In this document: one piece after another, positions 53,301 through 64,000 of the stretch
Layout of the letters: each line of letters begins with the position of its first letter
Numbering within the stretch: position 1 is the stretch's first letter
From: Phoronis australis
Taxonomy: Eukaryota > Animalia > Phoronida
Reading direction: 5' to 3'
DNA: 64,000 nucleotides
Assembly (NCBI GenBank): GCA_002633005.1
Contig: NMRA01000322.1
Location: 310,001-374,000, forward strand
Program-made: the position numbers and the translations under genes
Notes under the pieces: model-generated
The model's database searches: none
The model's input: the letters and a program-made list of their open reading frames with translations, nothing else
Told to the model about the DNA's origin: nothing

Positions 53301-56300
53301 TTAAACATTTATATCAAATAAAATTTGACCCTGGTATTGATATCATTGCTTTGTTATCAATGTGCCCTTCGTCTGTGCTAAATCTGACTAAAAAGACATG
53401 GTCACATGACCAAATTAATGTTCGATTGGTATAGAGTCGACCATTACAATCTGAAGGTGTTCTACTTTCATAAATCATATACTTTTACCAAGTCAATATC
53501 TATAGCATTTTAGATATCTGGTGAAATAAGCAGACATATCAATAAGGCCTTACATAACATTACAGAAATCTAATATGACCACTAGGTGGCATTGCAGCAG
53601 TCCAAACCATCTAATTATCAACACCGGTCAGGCTTACCATATAAGAAACTCTGACAGTTCTACAAGAGGTTTGATACAGAAAGTGTGCACAGTAATGAAA
53701 TGTCACTTTGGGGCACAGCAGTCAGAGCTATCCAAACATGGACAAGTACAATTCTCTTCTGGATAAAATCTTATCTGCCAAATTTCACGAAGATCCTACT
53801 CCAGACTTGGTAGATATTGAACTAAAAGTGTCACTAGGGATGCAAAAACAGAACCAAAAGCACAGAAATTGCCACTTTGGGCAACAGAACATGCCACAGT
53901 GGGGCAGGTGATACCTTTTTTGTTATAGAAACGCAGTAATGTTAATTTTCATGAGGCTCCACCACGGAATTTGGTAGTTCAAGAGAAAAACAGCAAAAAG
54001 TAAAGCTGCCCCAAGAGGGTACACCAGTAGCTGGACAAGTATTAAAAAATAAACTCCAACCAAATTTCTCTACAATCCTTTAAACAACTTGGTTGATATT
54101 GAGGCAGTTGCAATACATGAAACTACCACAAGGGGAAAGCAGTTGTTGCGTTTGTTCATAAATCAATGTCAGCCACTAAAAATGTCAATTTCCAAAAACT
54201 TCATAGAAGCAGGGATAAATAGAGGTGGTCTCAAACACTGAACATCAAACTATTAAAATTGCCACTAGGGGGATCACAGCATGACAAAGACCTCCCAAAT
54301 TTGTTGGGTGACATCCCCTAATTCATACAAACACAGCTGCCAAATGCCATAGATCCATCAACAGGACATGCCAGACAAAAATAACACAACAAACTAAAAT
54401 TGCCACTGGGTGGGACAACAGTAGCGGAATCTCCTCTATCATCATGTTCATCCGATTACGCCCNCCCCCCCCCCCCCCGCAAATATCTAGAAGATCCTGT
54501 GAGGAGACATAGCTATGCACACCAGACTGACGCATGCACCCACATATGTATATGTGGGTGCACAAAAAATGAAAATTGGCTAGTATGAAAAACTAAAAGC
54601 AACCCGGCCCATTAAACAAGACTTACATTTTATCTAAACAACTTCAAGTTGTAGAAGAACAACATATATCTATAACTACCAATGATAAAGTTGTGACAAG
54701 GCTTGTAGCAGAATAAAAGCAATAGCCATCATATTGAGGGGAAGCATTCCGTCTGACAACAGTAGCGACTCACCTTGGCTGATTTTTAGCCTCGCTTAGC
54801 GAAAGCGGAAATGCCTCTCTACAGGAAGTCGAAATGACAAGCCATATTAAAGGACACATAAATATACTAGTTATATTTTGCAGATTTCATTTAAGGTTAT
54901 CTAAGACCTTAATAAACGACCACAACTCTGAAGTCAAATATCGAAAAAAATGCTATGTCAACCATTAAAAATATATATTTTCTGAAAGGAGAAAGGTCAA
55001 GGACTCCAAAAACATGTTTCTTACTACTGTGTCTTTATTATTGTCATGCGACCACATTTTTAAGTCAAAATTCTGGGTGCAAGAAAGGCACATTCATGGT
55101 AAAATAACCGCCCCCCACCGATTCTGCTAAACTTTTTTGAATGAAAACATTACGTAATGTCTCAAAAACCCTGTTAGGAATTTTTGACAGTTCGGGTTTT
55201 ATGCTAAATTAACTCACAAAACGCAAGGCATTAATTGTGAAAAAATAGCGGTCTTATTCATATATCGCTCGGTACGAGAAAACAAGGCATTTTAAAGCAA
55301 GGTCCTAACAGGATTTTTGAAATGCAAGCAGTCAGCAGTGCCATATTGTCAGTTGCCAATGCTTGGTGAAAGTGAAAACTGAACTGCCAACTAACGCAAG
55401 GCACTGAAAGACAGATGCCAGACTAAGTGTAGTCCATGCTAAAACATGTCAAAACAATTTGGACATGGATGCAGACAGGATGGGTTGTTTTCAGAAATGC
55501 AGCTGGCCAGGTAAATTGTAAGTACAAAAGCTCAGTTGCTCAACTGAAAATTCTAAACAAAAACAATAGGCATGAGACAAGTTCAAAATCATTTTAAACG
55601 AGGATCTGTTTCGTTAAGTTCACGTGAGTACAAATATGTTTTTCTAGTGCTACATGGACAACTAATAATTGGTTATGCTGGCAAGGACACAAATAAAGCC
55701 CCTGAAAGCACTAATCCCAAGCAGGGCTATCACTCACGGGTGTTTTGGATGACAACTGCGGATTAGAAAGAAACATAGTCAAGATGTGACAAGCAAGGCA
55801 AGCGGTATGAAAGACATCCATTTCAAGCAACGCTCCACCAGGAAAAACATGTAGAAAATGTACAAGCTGTCCCAGTTGAGTTGTGATAGGCTAATAAGTT
55901 CAATGACTCAGATTTGACGATCAAAGGTTTTACAAGAGCAATGTTAAGTCTACTATAAATCCAATCCGTGTATTCCAAACTTACAGCAGGAGCTTAGCAG
56001 ATTAAACAATCTAATAAACAGCAGAGATACCTTAACTAGAAAAATAGAAAATGCCTCAAATGGGGTGCAACGATAGCCATTCAAAAATTGGAGAATACCA
56101 ACTTTTCACTCACAAAAGCACTGTGAGCGTTCATATGCATCCACAGTGCATTGTAAATGGTATGTTGCCAGGGCTGCTTATGATCTTGAGGTTCAATTTG
56201 ACAACTTAGGGTAGTAGACTACATTATTGTGCTCTTCCCAGTAGGGAAATATGTGTCAAGTTTCATCATTATCCTAAAGAACGGTTTGACCGATAGAGGG

Positions 56301-59300
56301 ATGGGTTCCAAAAACTAGACTTCAAAATGATGGCAATGGCCACTTGGTAGGGTACTAAGTTAAATCTATCTGAAAATGGTAAGGAGTCATCGAGATAATC
56401 CGACAAGGAAATCTAAAGATCCAAAGGAAAAAAGAAATAAATTGCACACAGTCATATCTGTCTGAAAGTCCATCATCTGTTGTTACCTTCATAGGAATAA
56501 ATTTGCCAAATTTAAAAAAGATCCTAAAAGGGTTTAGGATAAGCAATATGAGACTCAAAAATTATTCAAAAGCTGTAACTAATGGACACCATAGTACTCG
56601 AAGCCGTATGGAAATTAATGTCAACCCTGCTCTTCTTAGTAGGAACATGTCAGCCAAGTTCCATAATAATTCTTAGACTTTGATGGATAGAGAGGCAGTC
56701 GCCAAAAATTGAAAACTGTAAAAATGGCCACTGGGTAGCGCAGAAAACATCAAATCCATCCGAAAATGGAAAGGCGTTGTCATATCCTTAATAGATACCT
56801 ATTTGTCAAACTTTAAGGCAATCTGCCTTAGAGCTCCGAAGAAACAGAAGAACAAATAAAAAATAAAATTGCCACTAGGGAGCACAGAGATTGACGGATC
56901 CATCAAAAAATTTGCTCATAATGTTCCATACGCCAACAAAATTTCACAAACATCCATCACGGGATTTGGAGATACAACAGTGAACGCCAGACGGACAACC
57001 AACTAGACGAACAACGGCATAATGCACACACAAACATATAATTATGTGGGTTCGTAAAAACAGCGTTTCTGTCAAATTTTTGTTGAAGTGACATCATTGC
57101 GCCCGGCCAATAATTGTTTCTACTTTCCCAGTAACGAGTGGTCACGATTACGAAATCTTGCCTGTCAAGATTTTGACGAGATTTAGCCAAAATTGAGACA
57201 GATTCTAGTACAAAATAAATGATAATTCAGTCGTGGTTTGCAGCTGAGAATACTTGTAAAGAACACAACAACAACGAACATGTGAACTCCAACACCAAGA
57301 ATACAAAAGTGCCGATGGACACTGCGGGTAAATACAGCAAGATTCAAGCGTCGCTGTGTAATTCGGGCCGGCCCTTCTGTTTACATTTTATCCACTTGTT
57401 TGTAGCATTGTTTGTTACAAAACTTTCTAAGGCGGCTTTCAAGCGAGTGGTTTCGAAAGCCTAGCTAGTCTCATAGCATTCATTACACAATGAAGCTGCT
57501 CTGACTTGTAATATTGTAATTAATAGGTCACACTACTGTAGTGCGTCCTGTTGACTGTCAATGTTTGCGGGCTCTCCGATAGCAAAGAAGTAATCCATAA
57601 ATAGATGAGACTAATCCTCGTTTACTTTAATCCAAGTCATACATAAAACAAAAATCGTAAGAATATATAAATTTCATGAATGTATACTTCTACACTATTG
57701 CTTCATATTCTTTCAAGAGTTCTTAATCAATATTCCGTAATACTGATGATCTATACACTTCCAGTTCACAGTTTTCGAAGCTTCTCTTGGCCTTGGTTAC
57801 ATACCTATTCCAGTTGATCTTTTGAGAAGAAACCAGACAGTTTTATTATCGTGCAGACGAAATGGAGACACACACGGGTCATAATACGCCCACGAATCGT
57901 TTGAGCAGAATATCTTGAGATTACCACGCCAAATTTTCCTTCTCAATAATCAGCTCGTCTCATATATCTAAGGTATATTAAGCGCTTATCTTTCATCTTG
58001 CATGGCCAGTAAAAGCTGTTTTCTGAATGTTTTGTACATTGAAAAAACTGAGTAATCACTTATAGAAATACCAGCTCCTCTTGTATTCTTAGCACTTCAA
58101 ATGACAAGCTGCTTTCACTTTTAACTTCGAGAGTTACCAGGTTATCAGTTTCTTAGGACCCAAAAAGTTCAAAGCATGGTTTAACACAATACCACTCATA
58201 TCTATATTTAAGTTATCGCTCAGCACTTCCCTTACCTTATGTTTTACTTGGTCCCTCAGGATGAACAACACCACATTTGTTGGGTTGACGCTGCCCCTCA
58301 ATATTATCTATTCTTATTTCATGATAGCCTAAGTGTTTTCAGAGCAGAATCATTTCTTCTTGTCGATTGTATGCAAGTTACACCTGGCCATGTTAACGGA
58401 TCTTAGAAGTGACGTCCACTGTATTTATTTCTAATTTATTATGCTTGTTGTTCTTGTTTTTGTTGTTCATCGTTGTTATACAGTGACACGATACTCTGAA
58501 GAATGTGTGGTCTCAAACCAATAAGCACAGTTCTTGTCCGTCCTTCCAATTTTTTTGGGAAAATCCCCACTTTTAATTTGTCCTTTCCACTATCCATCAG
58601 TGTTTCACCATGTATGACCCCACCAGCCATAACTGGACAGGATACTATAACTACTAATTCCATTTTTTAAAAATACACTTCCAGACCTTTACATACACTA
58701 GACGGCACTTATAATGTGCGACACAATGACCAAAAGTGCAGTCCCTCCACTCAGTGACAATTATCTGACCTCAGCGTCCAAACATTGGATGAGACACTGG
58801 CATCATTTCCAGAGAAAAGACCTGAACTGATCTAACCCAAAATTTGATATACAAAACAAATCCACAGACAGGTACACTTCTTCTTTGCAAGTTCCTTTAA
58901 AGCGACAGACTTCAGGGCTGACAAGAGCATGCTGTCTTGAGAATTCAATTTCTTGGTCCTCAGTACTCAATGCTTAGGACTAAATACTTTAAAATCAATC
59001 AGTGAGTATAAATTGTAAATTTTCCCAGAATTCACCATTACCCAAAATTCAAGGCAGCATAAAAACTTAGAAGGCAACCAATGATTCTTAACTGGAGAAG
59101 TAAATTAAATGCAGTTGCTCTCAAGAAGACAATCTCAAGTAACTGAAACAACACAAAGTAAGAAACCAATAAAACTGTTTTGAAACAGTCTCAGACTGTT
59201 TGTTTTACAGATTAATTGACCATGCCCAATCATGGCAAAACTAATTTCACCTCAAGTCTACGTCCAAAACCTGCAAAACTCAGTCAAACGAAGTCAGAGC

Positions 59301-62300
59301 GCACTGCAGTACCAGCTGAAGTCCCTCAAGAATGATGAAAATATAATTGCGATAAGAAATTCTACTAAATCCAGAACGCATTCCAATAAATAGTACAAGA
59401 AGTTTGGTTGTCCTCTACCCAAGTAGACAGAACTGCAGTAATACCTGAAATAACGCGACTGGCTTGACTTGTGCTTCTCCATAGCATCCAGTGAACCCAT
59501 CCCCCGGTACTTTTTGAGCCGAACACCATCAGCAAAGAAGTATTCACCCGGTGCCTCTGTGGTCCCAGCAAGCATTGAACCCATCATGACTGGAAAATAA
59601 CAAAATGCAAACTCTTACCAAGCATCACACCAAGATATGTAGTGGATTGGTGTGCTGGTACTCTCTGACGCTAGGACAACTGTATTGCTGCGCATTTAGG
59701 ACCATGCGCCTATACTTGCGATGCTTCGCAATCTTTTTTACCCAAGTGGTTCGCATATTGCCACATGCATTTAATAAGTTTCGCATGTAAGCCCAGGTAA
59801 TGTCCCCTGCATAGGCCCATACAATAATTTGCATATAGGCGCACACATTTTGACTACTGCTGGGCTTCCTAAATTTGGTAAAAAGTTTTTAAAATGTGTT
59901 ACCATATTGTCATGCCGTTAGACCTAGGGGCCTATATCCGAAACAATGCTTTTTTTCGCGGTCTTTTTACCCAAGTGGTTTGCATGGGCTTCAGTTTTGC
60001 ATATAAGCACAGTTCTGCACAGAGACACCTATGGGCCTAATGGCTTGGCAATACAGTACAACAACGTGAAAAACTCATACTAACAAAATTTAATACCCAG
60101 CATCATGCATACAATTACAGATGTCTGTTGTTAGTCCATGGAACCAAATAAATATCAAATCAATCTTCAAGACTACAAGGCAGGGGCCACTAGCCATTAG
60201 TTACCACTCGGTGTTTAATGTGTGCTTATAGTTCACCTTCAAAATGAGGCAACAGTTCTTACAGTACCTGGTATTTTGGGAAGAGTGGCAAGTATTCTCC
60301 TCCCTGCTAACAAAGTTGTGGCCCAGATATGTAAAAAGACAAGACTTGGAAACAATATGCACACTGTAGCGACTTGACATACAAGCAGAACACGAGTGAT
60401 TGCCTGTTGATAAGTGTAAGTCCCTATCACTACATACTGTACGCCAATGTTCTACTTACTTTTTAATAAGAACCCCACTGAAAACAACTTACCTGTTGAG
60501 GCGCCCAGTGACAGGGCCTTAATAATGTGTCCAACTGTCTGAATGCCCCCATCAGCGATGACCGGAATGCCAAATCTACGCGCATACTCGGCAACACGGT
60601 ACACTGCTGTGCCTTGAGGTCGGCCCACTGCCATCACTGAAACAAAAACATAAACGTTCACGTCATACTCTTTCATCCTTCTTTCCTTAAACTGACGATA
60701 ACCCCACCTTCAGGATATCAAAGAAACTATCATTCATTATTAGACTAGTATAAATTTGATCCTTGAGAGATGAGTGATTATTTCTGGGTTAAGGAAGGTC
60801 AGTTCAGTAGTGCCTGAGGTCATGCTAGGTGACCAGCTATAAAATGCCAACGTATTGGGGCCATAACAAACTATTAGTTGTTCCCAAGCTCAGGATTCAT
60901 CTTTTATGTGAATTAGGAGCAAGTGAAAAGCAATTGTATTATGGTGAATCATCCAACAAAAAGATTTTTATGTGTACAAGTCAGTTTATAACCTGTTTAT
61001 ACATTTTTGTTCGTAGCTAAGGTGTATACTGGAAAATGATGGTGAAATCTACGGAAGTTGTCTTGACAGTCCAAACGACAAGAAACATCAGTATCATCTC
61101 CGAATCTCGGGCCATACTGTATGTGGCAAACATGTCAAGAAACTGACTAAAGAGGAAAACTGGTTTTCTGACTTGGATTCGGAGATTCTTTAAAAATTAT
61201 AATTTTTATCAGGCAAAGATTGCAAAAGGCTAAGCCCAATTTCCAGTCATTTTTATGTGAGGTATGTGATAATCACAACCTGGAAAAAATTATTTACAAT
61301 TATGAATTGGAACCCGAGAGATTCCAGGCAAGGTGGTCTTCTTTTTTTGCCAAGCAACTAGCTTTTATAGGGTTCGATAATGTTCCCAATTTGTTTTGAT
61401 GTACACTTAACTAGATTTCACATTGATGTACAACTATGTACTGGTTGGTTGAATTAATAAATGTTTCATTCGTGAAAAAAAAATCTCAGCATCAGGCATC
61501 TGACATCAACATGGTTGGTGAATTGATCAGGTCAGATATTTAATACACTGTGGTGATCAGGTGCATTTTCATTAAAATTTCAAATGATAAAGTGCTGAAA
61601 ATAAACTCTTTAAATTTAATAGACATAAAAAACAATTTTGACCACTAAAAACGATTTAGAATTAATTTTTTCCAAAAGCAACAAAAGTAGTTTGATGCAA
61701 TCTTTTTATCAGACATCACTTGTCCTCAAACACCTTTAATCACAGTCACCACATGTAGAGGGTATCAATTTTTGATAATTATCCATTCTGTAAAACAGAT
61801 AACAGTCAATCTATTTATGCTTGATAATTGAATTGATGAAGACTGATCTACCATTTTACTTTCAATGAATCCGATAGCACTAAGAGAACTCAGAAATGAC
61901 AAACTCATATACCAACCAAAGAAAGAGACCAATGCTGTGTACCTCGGTTCAGAATATACATACATAATTGACACTTTTAAGAAGAAGGCGACTGTTTAAG
62001 TGTTAATTTTTGATAAACTTACAACTTTCAAGTAAACATAAATAAATCTCCAAGCGCATTAAAACTCACTGGATTCTAATTAATTATGCGTGTCTCATTC
62101 TGCAAGTGACGTTCGAGGCACAAGTCAAGCAAAAATGATGCAAGGCTCGTTTTTTTTAAAAACTTTTCTTGGGAAATCATGACTTCTCAAACTTTGCTTA
62201 CCCTTCCTTAAATACGCCTTTGTGCAGCTTTTGAAAAAGAAACTCCGGACCTTGACTGATATTGAAGCGGATGTGCATTTCTTTTTTCATTCGGCGAGCG

Positions 62301-62788
62301 CAGGTCTCAAAATAAGTCAGGGTACATACCACAACTTACATATGCTTTTCAGGCATTATATGTCACCGTTACTATCACTGCTCACTTCTTGTTCCTCTTT
62401 TTCAAACCACCTCTCAGAGTTCTCCCACAAACCCCCCTACAACACCATGGCTAATCGACCAACTATACAGTTTGGAACAAACCACACCTTCCTGTGTTAT
62501 GCAGATGGAGCCACTTCCCATGCCAACTCTCAGTGCGTCCACGCCAGCATCAATAAGGTTCTTCGCCTGAGCGGCCGTCACCACTAAATAAAAAAATAAA
62601 ACGAACGTCAAACCAGTATTTAATTGAAAAGTGATTTTTCTACTACAAGCCAAAAGTAAATGGATCTAAAACAAAATGGAGACTGCTATAAGCTTACCGT
62701 TTCCGCCGATAACCTGTAGATGCGGGTATTTATTCTTCAACGTTTGGATCATCTTGATTTGGAATACAGAATTACCCTGAGAAGAGTC
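38371..62788 (-). CDS. IMPDH: Inosine-5'-monophosphate dehydrogenase, 3' part (7 coding exons, 241 aa; 5' exons beyond window end)
   Basis: Exons 62788-62698, 62583-62488, 60636-60493, 59589-59445, 43144-43001, 40542-40459 and 38392-38371 join in frame. Motifs DSSQGNS, catalytic [30 protein letters not shown]-terminal HSFEKRLY*. Confidence 0.96.
40459..40542 (-). CDS. IMPDH: IMPDH exon ([26 protein letters not shown])
   Basis: TTTGCAG acceptor, GTAAGT donor, 84 nt. Confidence 0.94.
41686..42769. mobile_element. hAT-type non-autonomous element (contains N gap 42500-42676)
   Basis: TIRs CAGGCCTTCAT / ATGAAGCCCTG; perfect 8-bp TSD GACGCATT (41678-41685 and 42770-42777); subterminal GGACGCCC repeats. 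Confidence 0.88.
43001..43144 (-). CDS. IMPDH: IMPDH exon ([13 protein letters not shown]...CQDIGAKSL)
   Basis: TTGCAG acceptor, GTAAGT donor, 144 nt; preceded by a 16.3-kb intron. Confidence 0.95.
44743..44977. mobile_element. PIF/Harbinger-like MITE
   Basis: Imperfect TIR of about 30 bp, CAGGGGACAGTTACCAAGCAAACTGACTTA / TAAGTCAGTTTCTTGGAACGGGCCCCTG; internal CTTAAG-like repeats. Confidence 0.65.
45660..46765 (+). mobile_element. HINE-like family copy with intact 3' hairpin
   Basis: Seven CCACTAGG-type units; terminal ATGCGTCCACATA-TAAA-TATGTGGGCGCAT (46731-46760) followed by AAAAA. Confidence 0.75.
48254..50189. mobile_element. Tc1/mariner (pogo/Tigger-type) non-autonomous DNA transposon, 1.94 kb
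   Basis: Perfect 24-bp TIR CCGTAATCGTTCGGGTTAACGCCC / GGGCGTTAACCCGAACGATTACGG, TA on both flanks, subterminal TTAA(C/G)CGCCC repeats, no transposase ORF. Confidence 0.9.
51778..52965 (+). mobile_element. Second HINE-like or composite repeat with two GAT/GAC-rich units of about 170 bp
   Basis: AAAGCACTCCGAGGAGCGAAACTTGGCAAAAT head; CTTGGCGAAAT recurs at 51988 and 52948; duplicated blocks 51800-51970 and 51987-52130. Confidence 0.5.
53570..54570 (+). mobile_element. HINE-like family copy with perfect 3' hairpin
   Basis: CCACTAGGTGGCA-type units; TGCACCCACATAT-GT-ATATGTGGGTGCA (54535-54562) then AAAAA. Confidence 0.72.
56240..57060 (+). mobile_element. HINE-like family copy (degenerate)
   Basis: Same units (GGCCACTGGGTAGCGCAG, GCCACTAGGGAGC), CAGACGGAC, and decayed hairpin at 57021-57060. 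Confidence 0.68.
58440..58670 (-). pseudogene. Possible 3' end of a decayed RTE-like LINE
   Basis: Minus-strand GWWGHT and KKLEGRTRT resemble the RWFGHV...VEG.R.RGRP end of RTE ORFs, followed by a (CAA)n-like tail. Confidence 0.35.
59445..59589 (-). CDS. IMPDH: IMPDH exon ([15 protein letters not shown]...YRGMGS...RYFS)
   Basis: TTCCAG acceptor, GT donor, 145 nt. Confidence 0.95.
60493..60636 (-). CDS. IMPDH: IMPDH exon (VMAVGRPQ...ADGGI...LGAST)
   Basis: TTCAG acceptor, GTAAG donor, 144 nt. Confidence 0.95.
62488..62583 (-). CDS. IMPDH: IMPDH exon with catalytic Cys ([12 protein letters not shown])
   Basis: TTTAG acceptor, GT donor, 96 nt. Confidence 0.95.
62698..62788 (-). CDS. IMPDH: IMPDH exon (DSSQGNS...VIGGN)
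   Basis: CCAG acceptor, GTAAG donor, 91 nt. Confidence 0.94.
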
Positions 62789-64000
62789 CTGGAAATGCAG
62801 AGAAATAATTGAGTTAAATTTACAAAAACAACTAAATATTCTTACCGGTGAAAGCATTAATAACAAAATGTCAGTCGCCAGTTTCAGGTAGTCTGTTTCA
62901 GCTTGCACCGTCCATGTCCAGAGACTTAATATGACTATTTAATACTACAAGCTAAATAGCATAGCAAGGCAAAAAGTCTCCAAGACTGCTCGACAGAATG
63001 TAGCAAACTATATGCCCCAAAAACAGTGCTCCAGGACTCGATTAATAGACTTTCGGCATAAAAGTGAACTTAGTTAGATCCTTTTTTGCAAGCCTTCGAC
63101 TTGAAGCAACTAAACAATAACTCATCACCGTTTCAATTTTCAAAAAGATACAAAGACCAGAACCAATTTATGGCCTAATAGTTAGTTGCATCTTCGTGTG
63201 TGTGTGTACCTGTGTGTATCCTGGTTATCTGGACAAAAACTTAGACAAACTGAGATCAGAGTAACAGGAGTCATTTTTATTGCTGCTTTTCATCGCAAAA
63301 AAAACAGTTACGCAGTCTTTTAATATACTTCACCTGCTTTGGGGGGAGGGGGGGTTCAACATGTTTTAACGATGTCACTAAGCGATACTAAAACATTCAA
63401 CTTTTGCCTTTCAGCATCACAATTTTTAAAACATCAAAAGTGTACGCTACCAGCAAGCCCAGACATCTTCCCTCCAGTGTGTGAAATGGTGATAGTAAAT
63501 GGTCTCAAAGTCTGTTGGGCCTATATTCCCTCACACGACCTACACTCCCCTGAGATGCGAAGGTCAGTAGTAAATAATAACTTCCTCTTAATTGTGGAAT
63601 ACGTCAAGTTTTGTTGAAAAAACGTAATTGGCATCTAATTTTTTCACTTCAATAGCAGATATCTTCATTCATGTTTTTAGCATACCTACTTCAGGGTTTT
63701 ACTATTTCTTTGTCACAAGTCAAGCACTTATCAACATTTTTGTACTCGCTGCCTTGAAGAAGAATCGCATGCCAAGATTTTTCTTGTATTATAATTCTTT
63801 ATTCAAGTTAATCACCAACTGTTAAGGTTTTGAGAATAGCTGCCACTTGTCTTTTAAGTATGGCAGAGTAAAGTTATTGAAATACAAAAACCAAGCATAC
63901 TTTTTATAACTTTGTTTATGTCCTACAATGTAAGTGTTTCAAAAAATATATTGACAATTTCAAGTCATAAAAAATAAAAAGATGATCCAAAAGATTGTAC

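Noticed and set aside
43145-59444. Nested gene or intronic C/D snoRNA in the large IMPDH intron
   Set aside because: Short ORFs have no recognisable domains, and no correctly spaced C and D boxes were found by eye.

Overview
AT-rich, intron-rich eukaryotic DNA; the repeat landscape suggests a marine invertebrate, possibly a deuterostome (inference only). It holds three minus-strand protein-coding genes: the main exon of a prostanoid (EP4)-like class A GPCR (595-1857; TM7 exon lies outside the window), a complete 11-coding-exon G6PD (14473-28235, 519 aa, one GC-AG intron), and the last 7 coding exons of IMPDH (38371-62788). Introns and intergenic DNA carry many non-autonomous elements: a tRNA-derived SINE with target-site duplications (TSDs), hAT-, pogo- and Harbinger-type MITEs, decayed LINE fragments and minisatellites. 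The most unusual signal is a Helentron/HINE-like family (about 6 copies, all in one orientation). Its internal array of roughly 146-bp units carries one CTCF-like motif per unit. Other candidates worth testing are an 18-nt microexon and an alternative terminal exon in the last IMPDH intron, and three ARE-like motifs around G6PD exon 1. No prokaryotic systems or CRISPR arrays were seen. All exon models were derived by eye and need RNA-seq confirmation.
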